Source: an uncultured virus (IMG/VR IMGVR_UViG_3300043786_001842) (lineage: Duplodnaviria > Heunggongvirae > Uroviricota > Caudoviricetes). Taken from it: a stretch of 20,000 bases of DNA. The stretch lies in IMG/VR virus record IMGVR_UViG_3300043786_001842; one strand, written 5' to 3'. Positions 7,163-15,465 of this stretch are shown piece by piece; positions within the stretch are counted from its first letter, which is position 1, and the number at the start of each line of letters is the position of its first letter. Both the position numbers and the translations under genes were made by a program. The notes under the pieces were generated by a model, which was not told the origin of the DNA, did no database searches, and saw nothing but the letters and a program-made list of their open reading frames with translations.

Positions 7163-8134
7163 CTATCTGACCAGTCTCGCGAGCTCGTCGAGCATCTCGT
7201 CGCCCTCGCGCCCGTAGATCGGGTCGACGGCGTACGACGACATCACGTCGGCCCCCGCCTGGTGCGTGGACATGAGCGCGAAGAAGTATCCGGCGTCCTC
7301 CATTGCGAGCATGGACGGGGCGCCGTACAGAGACACGAATGTCTGGATGAAGCCGCGCACGGTCAGGCGAGAGGCCCACGGGGCGGCCTTGGACAGCGCC
7401 TCCAGGAACGCCCCGAGGTCGAGCGCGTACAGCTCTTTCTGAGAGGAGACTCCGGCGGACGCGGCCGCGTCCGTCTCAAACTGGGAGAGCGCGGCCCGGG
7501 CGGTGCCGGCGACGGTCTCGGCAGCCGTCGCGTCCGCCGTCTCGGTGGCAGCGCGCCCGAGCATCCCCACCAGGAAGTACTTCGCGAAGACGTACTTCAG
7601 CTGGTCGCTGCGCATCCGGTCCATCCCGGCACCAGTGATGCGGTCGGCCACCTTGTGCATCATTCGGGAATACACGGCGGCGCCGGTCTTGCCGAGTGGG
7701 AGGCTGGCGGAGATCTTGGGCCACTGGTCGTACGCGTCCACCAGGACCGCGCCGAGGGAGAGCATCCCGTACAGGCGCCGGGGGTCAACGGACGAGGCGC
7801 CCGAGGACGGAACATAGGGCGTGGCGTTCACGTACGCGAGCACAACATTGCCGTCGGGGCGGACCCGCCAGGCCGGGAGCATGGTCGGGACCTTCACGGT
7901 GTCGCGGTTGTTCAGCAGGTGGATGCGGTTGTTCGTGTACAGGCCGAGCACGCGCTCCTTGAGCGGGATGCGCTCGAAACGGCGGGACACAGCGCGGAGC
8001 GTCTCCTCGAGCTCGGCGTGGTGGATCGCGTCGCGCTCGATACTGAAGCGGGAGAGCTCCACCAGCTTCGACTGGTCGGGGGCGATCTGCTTTGCCAGGT
8101 ACAAGGCGGAGAAAGACTTGGGTGTAGGTAGCAC
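7163..8134 (-). CDS. Hypothetical protein (323 aa), possibly a conserved jumbo-phage protein
   Basis: Long ORF with globular-protein composition; start placed at GTG 8134 behind AGAGGA; no catalytic motif recognised. Confidence 0.8.
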   Translation of the reverse strand: MLPTPKSFSALYLAKQIAPDQSKLVELSRFSIERDAIHHAELEETLRAVSRRFERIPLKERVLGLYTNNRIHLLNNRDTVKVPTMLPAWRVRPDGNVVLAYVNATPYVPSSGASSVDPRRLYGMLSLGAVLVDAYDQWPKISASLPLGKTGAAVYSRMMHKVADRITGAGMDRMRSDQLKYVFAKYFLVGMLGRAATETADATAAETVAGTARAALSQFETDAAASAGVSSQKELYALDLGAFLEALSKAAPWASRLTVRGFIQTFVSLYGAPSMLAMEDAGYFFALMSTHQAGADVMSSYAVDPIYGREGDEMLDELARLVR

Positions 8135-8218
8135 TGGATTTCCTCTGCGAATTTGCGATTGATCAAAGGTCTGTTCCCTCAGATATCCTTCTTCTGATGC
8201 AACCGAAGAGGGCAACCA

Positions 8219-8659
8219 ATGGAATCAAATCATCTACGGAACGAATTCGAACTGACTTTCGTCGAGTACGTTTACGTGGACACCGACAGACGGCGCGGCC
8301 GTCGCAGGTACCACAAAATAGAGATCAAGGTGATCTCTAGCGGGCAAGTAATTGATGGCAACAGGACCATCTTATACAGCATCGCCGTGAAAAAGACCAC
8401 CGACTACGAGGTCAGGCATTCAATGAGCGGGCGCTACTTCCACGTCGGGACAGCATTCTTCCACGAGCCGCGGTGCGACGTATCGACGAGCTCCCAGCCG
8501 TTCGTGACCGATCTCCCTCGGCCGTTCGTGACCGATCTCCCCCCGGAGTTCTTGGAATGGCTCACCCTCTATCCCGCTACCAAGACTGCGCTGCTCGATC
8601 TCCTCAGGAGGGTCAGGCGCACGGTCTCGACGGTGCGCATGGACCAGATCACCAGCTGA
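8219..8659 (+). CDS. Hypothetical protein (146 aa)
   Basis: ORF with GAGGG RBS, divergent from the previous gene and co-oriented with the nuclease/helicase genes. Confidence 0.65.
   Translation: MESNHLRNEFELTFVEYVYVDTDRRRGRRRYHKIEIKVISSGQVIDGNRTILYSIAVKKTTDYEVRHSMSGRYFHVGTAFFHEPRCDVSTSSQPFVTDLPRPFVTDLPPEFLEWLTLYPATKTALLDLLRRVRRTVSTVRMDQITS
8497..8541 (+). repeat. In-frame tandem duplication (21 bp identical, 24-bp period)
   Basis: GCCGTTCGTGACCGATCTCCC at 8497-8517 and 8521-8541; encodes PFVTDLP twice. Confidence 0.9.
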
Positions 8660-8707
8660 TCGCGGAAACGCGATCATATCCTTGTCATATACAACGGAGA
8701 GATTTTC

Positions 8708-9904
8708 ATGAAACGCACACTCAGAGTCGTCGTTCTCGGCGATCTACACTTCGGCGCCGTGCCGCCCGACCGACTCGAGCGCGAGCTCGACGAAACCCTG
8801 TTCCAATGGCTCGAGGGCAACACCTTCGACGCCCTGATCCAGGCCGGGGACTACTTCGACAAGCGCCTGTCCCTGGACAGCGACGACTCCAAGGCCGCCA
8901 TCCGCACGGCCGTCCGGCTGTGCCAGCTGTGCCAGACCCGCGGCGTGCCGTTCCGGATCCTGCACGGCACGATCACTCACGACCACCACCAGACCGAGAA
9001 CTTCCGACCCCTGGAGACGGAGTACTCCTGCTTCCGGATCGTCCAGAGCGCGCAGCACGAAGAGCTCGTCGAGGGATTCAACGTCCTGTGGATGCCGGAG
9101 CAGTACCCCGCCGACTACAACGAGTTCTACTCGCCGTTCTTCTTCCAGGAGATCGACGGGGAAGTCCAGGAGGTCGGGTACGACGCGATCTTCGGGCACG
9201 GCGAGATCGACGTCGCAGCCGGGTGGGGGCGGGCCGACGAGGGCGAGCGCCACTACGGTGGGACGCCGTGCCACGAGGCCGAGGACCTGCTGGGGCACTG
9301 CTTCGGCCCGGTGTGGTTCGGTCACGTCCACAAGCGATTCCGCCACAAGAGGCGCCTCGGGTATCCCGGCAGCTTCACCCGCTGGTGCCACGGCGAGGAG
9401 GACCCGAAGGGCTTCGACGTCCTCACCCTGGTCTACAACGAGAAGAAGGGTGACTGGAAGGTGACGGTCGAGGCCGTCGAGAATGCCGGCGCCCCACCGT
9501 ACCGCCAGGTCGCCGCCGCGAGCCTGCTGAGCGCCGTGGACGCCGTTGACGAGATGGTGCTCAAGATCCGCGAGGAGGCGTCGTCGGTCTACCGCCTGCG
9601 CGTCCGCGTCGAGGACTTCCCGATCGGGATTGAGGAGCTATCGCTCCTGCGAGGGGCCTTCGCCGGCGAGCCTGGAGTCGAGATTGTGGCGGCAGCCCGC
9701 CCCGTGTCCGAGGGCGCGGGGGCTGACGAGGACGCCGACGAGGACGCCGGTGCCAGAGAGGAGCGCCGAGAGCGCATGTCATACCTCAGGGATCCGAACC
9801 TCCCCGGGGAAGAGCGCCTGCTACGATACATGCAAGAGAAATTCCCAGACCAGACGGACATCACCGTCGAGGAAATCCGAGAGCTGACCGCCCCAGTGGC
9901 GTAG
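8708..9904 (+). CDS. SbcD/Mre11-like metallophosphoesterase nuclease
   Basis: Motifs GDLHFG, AGDYFD, HGTITHD, FGHGE, FGHVH, YPGSF in canonical order; next to a replicative helicase. Confidence 0.88.
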   Translation: MKRTLRVVVLGDLHFGAVPPDRLERELDETLFQWLEGNTFDALIQAGDYFDKRLSLDSDDSKAAIRTAVRLCQLCQTRGVPFRILHGTITHDHHQTENFRPLETEYSCFRIVQSAQHEELVEGFNVLWMPEQYPADYNEFYSPFFFQEIDGEVQEVGYDAIFGHGEIDVAAGWGRADEGERHYGGTPCHEAEDLLGHCFGPVWFGHVHKRFRHKRRLGYPGSFTRWCHGEEDPKGFDVLTLVYNEKKGDWKVTVEAVENAGAPPYRQVAAASLLSAVDAVDEMVLKIREEASSVYRLRVRVEDFPIGIEELSLLRGAFAGEPGVEIVAAARPVSEGAGADEDADEDAGAREERRERMSYLRDPNLPGEERLLRYMQEKFPDQTDITVEEIRELTAPVA

Positions 9905-9914
9905 TGAGGAAGAG

Positions 9915-10163
9915 ATGCTCAATCTGATCGTTGTACCCGGGGGCAAGTTCTCCCAGGCGGTTTACGCGCTCGCGCCCCCGGCAGACGCTGAGATGGTGCG
10001 CGCCAGCATGAACGACTTCATCTACAAGGCCCGGACGGAGTGCGCCGAGCGGGCCGCCTCCGGGCTCCCGAGATTCGACCGCGGAGACGTCACTCGGCTG
10101 CTCGAGGAGCTGGGGTGCATGGTGCTCCCGGACGAGGTCGTCCTCTGCTCCAGGTGGGATTGA
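9915..10163 (+). CDS. Hypothetical protein (82 aa)
   Basis: GAGG RBS; fills the gap between the nuclease and helicase genes. Confidence 0.7.
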   Translation: MLNLIVVPGGKFSQAVYALAPPADAEMVRASMNDFIYKARTECAERAASGLPRFDRGDVTRLLEELGCMVLPDEVVLCSRWD

Positions 10164-10166
10164 GTG

Positions 10167-12011
10167 ATGGCCGCGAAATCCTACGCCAAGACCGATTCTC
10201 GGGCTCGGGAGGAGGAGCACGTCAACTTCGGGGTGACCGACTACCCCCTGACCGTGATGACCCTGCTGTTCCTCACGTCCAACAGCTCGGCGTCGCACCG
10301 GCTCCGCTCCAAGGTGCTGGAGTTCCTCGAGATGCTGGACCCGCGGGACTACGCCGCCAACCAGGACGTCAACTGGCGGCTGGCGCTCGCCCGCGCCGTC
10401 GGTGCTGCGGTGATGCGCGGTGGCGCCAAGGTGCTGGCCGCCGTGGAGCACCGCGTCCTCGAAGACATGGAGTGGGCCGACTGGCACGAGCAGTTCTTTG
10501 CAGCGTACAAGACCAGCTCGGGCCACGTGGCCGAGGGCGCGATCATCGAGAACGAGCTGTCCGACGCCGACGTCCAGTACGTCGACGAGTACGTCAGCAC
10601 GCGCCTGCGCTACGCGTACCTGTGGACCGCTCGCACCTTCCTGCGCGACGTGGCCGACCGCATCGACGCCGTCGACCTCGGGGAGATATCGCGTTTCAAC
10701 GACGAGGTGATGGAGCGCATGGAGCGCATCGTCCAGCGCGGCCGCCAGGCCCGTGCCCTGCTCGCCACGGAGGGACAGGACTTTTCGACCGGCGACGTGT
10801 CGTTCGAGGCGGCGCTCCGGGCGACCTGGGAGGCCAGGAACAAGCCACAGTCCGTCGTCAGGTCCGGCCTCAGGCTCCTCAATGACATGCTCGGGGGCGG
10901 GTACGAGGGCGGGCGCGTCTACGTGTACTTCGCCCTGTCGGGCGGTGGGAAGTCCGGCGTCCTCGCCATGAGCGCCCTGTGGGCGTGCGACCAGCGGTTC
11001 AATCCGGAGTTCAGGACCAAGGACCCGACGAAAACCCCGTGCGTCGTCTACCTGTCACAGGAGAACGATCTATACGAGACGATAGAGCGGATGATCAGCT
11101 TCGCCCTCGGTAGCGACGTGGACCTGCGTCACGTCGAGCAGGAGGACCTCGTTCGCACGATGGAGGCGGCTCTCTCCTCGCCGACATGCAAGTTCATCTT
11201 CAAGTACCGCCCGAGCCGCAGCATCAGCACTGCCGACATGGAGGCCATGATCCACGACGAGTACATGCGCGGGAACGAGGTCGTCATGTTCGTGCAGGAC
11301 TACATCAAGCGGATCCGAGCGGTGGAGAACTTTCGGGACCAGCGCCATTTGGAGCTTGGGGCCATTGTGGACGAATTTGGCACCATTGCCAAAAGACACG
11401 CGATTCCGGTCATCACCGGGATGCAGCTGAACCGGGACGCGTATGCCAAAGTCGAGGCTGCCTTGAGGAGCGGCAAGACGGACGCCGTCAAGGAGCTCGG
11501 GGCTAACAACGTCGGCGAGTCCATCAACGTCTACGAGAACTCCGACTGCGTTATCTTCCTGAACAAGGTCACGAGCGAGGCGCTGGGGCGCACCTTCATG
11601 ACGTTCCGTCGGGCGAAGATGCGGGGCAAGCGGAAGAGCGGCGCCGACTTCTTCGCCCAGCCGTTCGAGCTGGACCGCAACGAGGAGAGCAACGAGATGC
11701 GCCTCGTGGCCGACCAGCACCTCACCGTGAAAGAGTGCCGTGGCCGGAAGGACATCGCCGAGGGAATTCAGCAAATGTACGATCCGGCAACTCATGCCCA
11801 ACCCGGCGGGTTGAGCAGCGAGGACAGGCGGGCCGACAGGGTGGACGCAGTCCTGAGCGGCGAGACGGGCGGCCGGCGGTCGTCCGACGGCAAGAAGCGG
11901 AAGACGTCGTCTCCCACCAGACTCTCGCCCAACGGCGGCGTGGCGAGGCTCGAGACCGTGCCGGATTCGGAGGCGTCGGCGCCTGCACCCGACGGCTTCG
12001 CGGGGCTCTAG
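10167..12011 (+). CDS. dnaB: DnaB-like replicative helicase (SF4)
   Basis: SGLRLLNDMLGGGYEGG, Walker A ALSGGGKS, YLSQEN, Walker B MFVQDYI, PVITGMQLNR, ESINVYENSD. The start may be GTG 10164. Confidence 0.9.
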   Translation: MAAKSYAKTDSRAREEEHVNFGVTDYPLTVMTLLFLTSNSSASHRLRSKVLEFLEMLDPRDYAANQDVNWRLALARAVGAAVMRGGAKVLAAVEHRVLEDMEWADWHEQFFAAYKTSSGHVAEGAIIENELSDADVQYVDEYVSTRLRYAYLWTARTFLRDVADRIDAVDLGEISRFNDEVMERMERIVQRGRQARALLATEGQDFSTGDVSFEAALRATWEARNKPQSVVRSGLRLLNDMLGGGYEGGRVYVYFALSGGGKSGVLAMSALWACDQRFNPEFRTKDPTKTPCVVYLSQENDLYETIERMISFALGSDVDLRHVEQEDLVRTMEAALSSPTCKFIFKYRPSRSISTADMEAMIHDEYMRGNEVVMFVQDYIKRIRAVENFRDQRHLELGAIVDEFGTIAKRHAIPVITGMQLNRDAYAKVEAALRSGKTDAVKELGANNVGESINVYENSDCVIFLNKVTSEALGRTFMTFRRAKMRGKRKSGADFFAQPFELDRNEESNEMRLVADQHLTVKECRGRKDIAEGIQQMYDPATHAQPGGLSSEDRRADRVDAVLSGETGGRRSSDGKKRKTSSPTRLSPNGGVARLETVPDSEASAPAPDGFAGL

Positions 12012-12460
12012 CGAACCGGCACCTCGCGGACTGTGATGTCCTCGTACTGGACGTCCGCCGCGACGAGTCGGCGGTCGCGCCCGAGCCGCAGGGCCTTGAG
12101 GAGCGATCCGAAGGAGTCCCTCTTGACGTACCGGAACGTGGGACCCTTGAAGTCGGACCTGGCGCCGGCGCCGTTCAGCTCCATCAGTATGGGCCAGAAG
12201 TCCGGCGTCCCGTAGAGCGCTGCCGACAGCAGATCTGGAAGGTAGTCGAACCGATCGCCGAAGTCGGTGGTCTCGGTCAACTCCTTGATGAAGGGCATGA
12301 TCTCTTCAAGAGTCCACTGTGGATCGGCAATGGCATATCCATCCGGATTGTGGAATGTCACGTGGAAGTTCGTCACCTCGACCGGGTTGGAGGGGTATTC
12401 CGCGGCCTCGTCCGCCACGTCCGGGCGGGTGGAGTCGTACTCTGTTGTCGCCAATTCCAA
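12008..12460 (-). CDS. Baseplate wedge protein, T4 gp53/LysM-like
   Basis: YLPDLLSAALYGTPDFWPILMELN matches the PD..S..LYG....W..L..N pattern; last gene of the baseplate cluster; GGAGG RBS before a TTG start. Confidence 0.75.
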   Translation of the reverse strand: MELATTEYDSTRPDVADEAAEYPSNPVEVTNFHVTFHNPDGYAIADPQWTLEEIMPFIKELTETTDFGDRFDYLPDLLSAALYGTPDFWPILMELNGAGARSDFKGPTFRYVKRDSFGSLLKALRLGRDRRLVAADVQYEDITVREVPVR

Positions 12461-12473
12461 TCCTCCAAGATCG

Positions 12474-13073
12474 TCAGCGTTTCTCGTAGTCCTTCAGGTG
12501 GAGGTCCAGCTGAAGGGGGTCTAGGAACATCGGCTCGCGAAATCTGTATGGCCAGTCAGGCCCCTCGGTCGCGGCCCGGTTCGCGATCTTCTCGAAGAAG
12601 AGCACGCGGTCGCGAGACACGTCGTGCTCGCGCATCAGCGGGGTGATGGTCGTGTGGGCCAGGACACCCCATAGACGCCGCTCGGTGATCTCCACGCCGT
12701 AGTTCTCCTGGAGGACGATCAGAATGGCGTCCAGGTAGACCGGGTGCAAGACGCCGGCCGCCACCGCTGCCTGGAGGAACCAGCTCTTGTTGGTGGACGG
12801 GCACCCGACGTACACGATGTAGTCGTCCTCCAGGTACTCGCAGTAGAAGTGCGCCGGCATCTGACCGCGGCGAGCCTCTGGTAGGCGGGCATAAAACTTC
12901 TGGACGCGCCCCCAGGTGTACTCGGAAGACCCACCCCCCCAGATGCTCGGGTCGAACACGGCGCGGATCGGGACGAGACTCTCGATGCAGGCCACGATGA
13001 TGTGCCGACCCTGGCGGCGGTAGGTGCGATCGTCGTGCAGCGGGTAGAAGGTCTCGCTCAGGATCGCCGTCAC
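12474..13073 (-). CDS. Hypothetical baseplate-cluster protein (199 aa), possibly a degenerate Amidase_2/PGRP fold
   Basis: GTG start overlaps the upstream TGA. Motif spacing HIIVAC / PAHFY / VYVGCP / AILIVLQENY / LMREHDVSRDRVLFF parallels amidase-2. Confidence 0.6.
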   Translation of the reverse strand: MTAILSETFYPLHDDRTYRRQGRHIIVACIESLVPIRAVFDPSIWGGGSSEYTWGRVQKFYARLPEARRGQMPAHFYCEYLEDDYIVYVGCPSTNKSWFLQAAVAAGVLHPVYLDAILIVLQENYGVEITERRLWGVLAHTTITPLMREHDVSRDRVLFFEKIANRAATEGPDWPYRFREPMFLDPLQLDLHLKDYEKR

Positions 13074-13786
13074 AGCGTCTCCCCTCCAACCAGGTCGACC
13101 GTCGGGGTAATGGTGCCGATCTTGCCCATCGCCGCGCACTGGATATCGCCGATGGCCTTGGCCGCCGATCTCGCCATGTCGGATAGGAAGCCGGCGACAG
13201 CCGAGGCGGCAGCCGAGGCGGCAGTCCCGATCGAGCCGACAATATCGGAGACGGCCTTGCCGATCTTGTCGAGCGTGGCCGAGGGGTCACCGACTCCCTC
13301 CTTGATCGCGTCCCACACCGACCCGGCGATCTTCGACACCGTGTCGCCGACCGTCTCCACGGCGTCGCCGACCGCCTTCGAGATCTTCCCGAGCATCTCC
13401 TTCAGGTCGCCGAAGGCCGGCTTGTTGCCGTCGACGGTGTCCTTGGCGTAGCTGGTCGTGATGGACATCTTGAGCTGGTCGATGAGGCTCTGCACCGACT
13501 TCCAGAGGTCGCCGGCCATGGCCCCCATGGCCTTGGTGACGTCGCCGAGGGCTTTCTCCACGTCGGAGCCGAATGCTCCGAGGCCGCTGCCGATCTCCTT
13601 CAGGACGTTGCTCACCAGCGTCTCGATCGACTTCTCCATTCCGCCGATCGCGGCGCCGATCTCCTTCAGGACCTTGCCGAGGGGGTCGAGAGCGCCCTTG
13701 AAGACGGACGACATGCCGTCGAGTGACCCGCAGTCCGGCTTGGCCGCGGTCGCGGTCGCGGCTTGGGCCGCGGTTGGTATGATCAT
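13070..13786 (-). CDS. Ala/Gly-rich amphipathic helical protein, probably structural
   Basis: Repeated amphipathic segments; AGAGGA RBS; lies within the baseplate cluster. Confidence 0.75.
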   Translation of the reverse strand: MIIPTAAQAATATAAKPDCGSLDGMSSVFKGALDPLGKVLKEIGAAIGGMEKSIETLVSNVLKEIGSGLGAFGSDVEKALGDVTKAMGAMAGDLWKSVQSLIDQLKMSITTSYAKDTVDGNKPAFGDLKEMLGKISKAVGDAVETVGDTVSKIAGSVWDAIKEGVGDPSATLDKIGKAVSDIVGSIGTAASAAASAVAGFLSDMARSAAKAIGDIQCAAMGKIGTITPTVDLVGGETL

Positions 13787-13801
13787 AGCGATATCCTCTC
13801 T

Positions 13802-14107
13802 TTAGCCAGCGACGACGTCGCCGGACCCGACGGTGGCGACGTACACGCCGCCGCCCGTGCTGATTCCTATGTCGCCGACCCGGTGGATCGCCCTGCCCGA
13901 GCACGTGCTGGTAGGGCTTCCTGTCACGGCGATGGTGATGTGGCCGCACGACGCGATCCCGATGTCGCCGACCCGCGTGACGTCCCGGCCGTCAGCCGAG
14001 ACGGTCCCGTCCCCGGTGAGGAAGACGGTCACGAACGGGGTCGGCACCTTGTGGCCGAGGCACACGCCGACCCCGATGTCGCCGACCCTGCACACGTTCT
14101 GTCCCAC
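13802..14107 (-). CDS. PAAR-like spike tip protein
   Basis: Three RVGD repeats, Cys/His ligands (CLGH, CGH), about 100 aa, immediately downstream of the spike gene. Confidence 0.9.
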   Translation of the reverse strand: MGQNVCRVGDIGVGVCLGHKVPTPFVTVFLTGDGTVSADGRDVTRVGDIGIASCGHITIAVTGSPTSTCSGRAIHRVGDIGISTGGGVYVATVGSGDVVAG

Positions 14108-14111
14108 GACG

Positions 14112-14960
14112 TCACCCGTTCAGGGAGATGCTCGGGGCGGCGACGGACACTTTCTCCGAGCTGACTATCTCGATCGGGCCGGCGCTGGTTAGCCGGGTCG
14201 AGGCCGCGTTGGTGATCGTGACGTCACCCGTGTCCGAGATGACGATGTCGGACTTGCCGGTGTGGGTGCGGATGCGGATCTCCTTCGAGTTCTCGTCGAG
14301 TTGTACCAGGTGGCCCTTCTCCGTCTTGAGAACGATGCCGGACTCGGCGGCGTGGCCGATGACGAGCGTGTGGCCGTTGTTCCACCGGACGACGAAGCTG
14401 TTGCTGTCCGGGTTGTTGTCGATCAGCACGACGTTCCCGTTGTCGTGTTCGGCGAGGACGTTGACCTCGACACGCCTCTTCGCGTCCTTCCAGTTCGCCG
14501 CCGTCGCCTCCGTGTTCAAGCCCTTGCCGAGCTCGCGCCCGGCAAGGGCGTCGTCCACCACCGTCGGCGTGAACGGCATCCAGTACGGCTTGTTCGGATC
14601 CGCGCCCTCGAAGAAGCAGAGGACGACGGTGCCGACGCGGGGGACGCGGTGGCTCCCGCCCTGGTTTGCGGCGGTGGAGCCGTTCTCCACCAGCCACGCG
14701 CACGGCCTGGCCCAGATGTAGTTGTTGGTCTTCACCATGGACGGCAGCTTCAGCTCGGTCTGGTTCTCGAAGACCCGATCCTTCGACGCCTTCATCGATG
14801 GCGCCGGCTTCTCGGCGTCGTTTGGCGTCTCGGTCACCAGGGCCGGGATGAACAGCCCGAGGCGGCCCTCCAGCAGGGGGTCGTCGTTCTTGACGACACG
14901 CCCGCGGAAGAAGCCGGCGAAGCTGAGGTCCCGTATCCCGTCATTGAATAGCCCGCTCAT
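14112..14960 (-). CDS. Baseplate central spike, gp5/gpV-like (OB fold plus beta-repeat region)
   Basis: FRGRVVKNDDPLLEGR, WARP, PRVGTVVLCFFEGADPNKPYW, then beta-strand repeats; no lysozyme domain evident. Confidence 0.9.
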   Translation of the reverse strand: MSGLFNDGIRDLSFAGFFRGRVVKNDDPLLEGRLGLFIPALVTETPNDAEKPAPSMKASKDRVFENQTELKLPSMVKTNNYIWARPCAWLVENGSTAANQGGSHRVPRVGTVVLCFFEGADPNKPYWMPFTPTVVDDALAGRELGKGLNTEATAANWKDAKRRVEVNVLAEHDNGNVVLIDNNPDSNSFVVRWNNGHTLVIGHAAESGIVLKTEKGHLVQLDENSKEIRIRTHTGKSDIVISDTGDVTITNAASTRLTSAGPIEIVSSEKVSVAAPSISLNG

Positions 14961-15004
14961 GCGTGGCCCTCCGTACCTTTCACAATCTGATCAAGGAGCT
15001 GCAA

Positions 15005-15340
15005 ATGTTGTACAACATCTTCGGAAACAGCGCGAACTGGGACGAGCTACTGCTCGGCTACATCCGCACCATCGAGGTGGACCCCGACAAACTACCGGAT
15101 GCGCTGCGTCACATCGCCGAGGAAATCATCCTCGAAGACTACCCCGAGCGGAGCGGCTGCACCATCAAGGTGGCCACCGACGTCGATCCGGACGAACTCT
15201 ACGATGCCAACGATGTGAACGCGATCTTCGCCGACAACGATGCCGTGACGGCCTGCGCCACGGTGGACGGCAGCGCCGAGGACTACTCGCTGGTATGGGT
15301 CGCGGTCCCCCACTGGCTCACCACCATCGTCGTCGGCTGA
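15005..15340 (+). CDS. Acidic hypothetical protein (111 aa)
   Basis: AAGGAG RBS precedes ATG 15005; Asp/Glu-rich. Confidence 0.75.
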   Translation: MLYNIFGNSANWDELLLGYIRTIEVDPDKLPDALRHIAEEIILEDYPERSGCTIKVATDVDPDELYDANDVNAIFADNDAVTACATVDGSAEDYSLVWVAVPHWLTTIVVG

Positions 15341-15345
15341 GAGCC

Positions 15346-15465
15346 ATGCTCCGGCCGACCGCACAACCTGTTGTTCCAGCACCTGAAGGCGGAAGAAAAA
15401 CCGTGCTCCAGATCGAGATAGCGCCGCCGCGCAATCCTTCGCCCGTCGCCGGGGGCCGGCGATGA
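15346..15465 (+). CDS. Possible 39-aa ORF
   Basis: Fills the gap and overlaps the helicase start by ATGA; no clear RBS. Confidence 0.25.
   Translation: MLRPTAQPVVPAPEGGRKTVLQIEIAPPRNPSPVAGGRR

Noticed and set aside
6951..7379. N-terminal extension of the 641-aa ORF
   Set aside because: It overlaps the upstream gene and a hairpin/promoter region; a good RBS sits at ATG 6950.
13802..14960. Spike plus PAAR as a type VI secretion or eCIS locus
   Set aside because: The context is phage replication genes with a gp53-like wedge; no T6SS membrane complex or ATPase genes.
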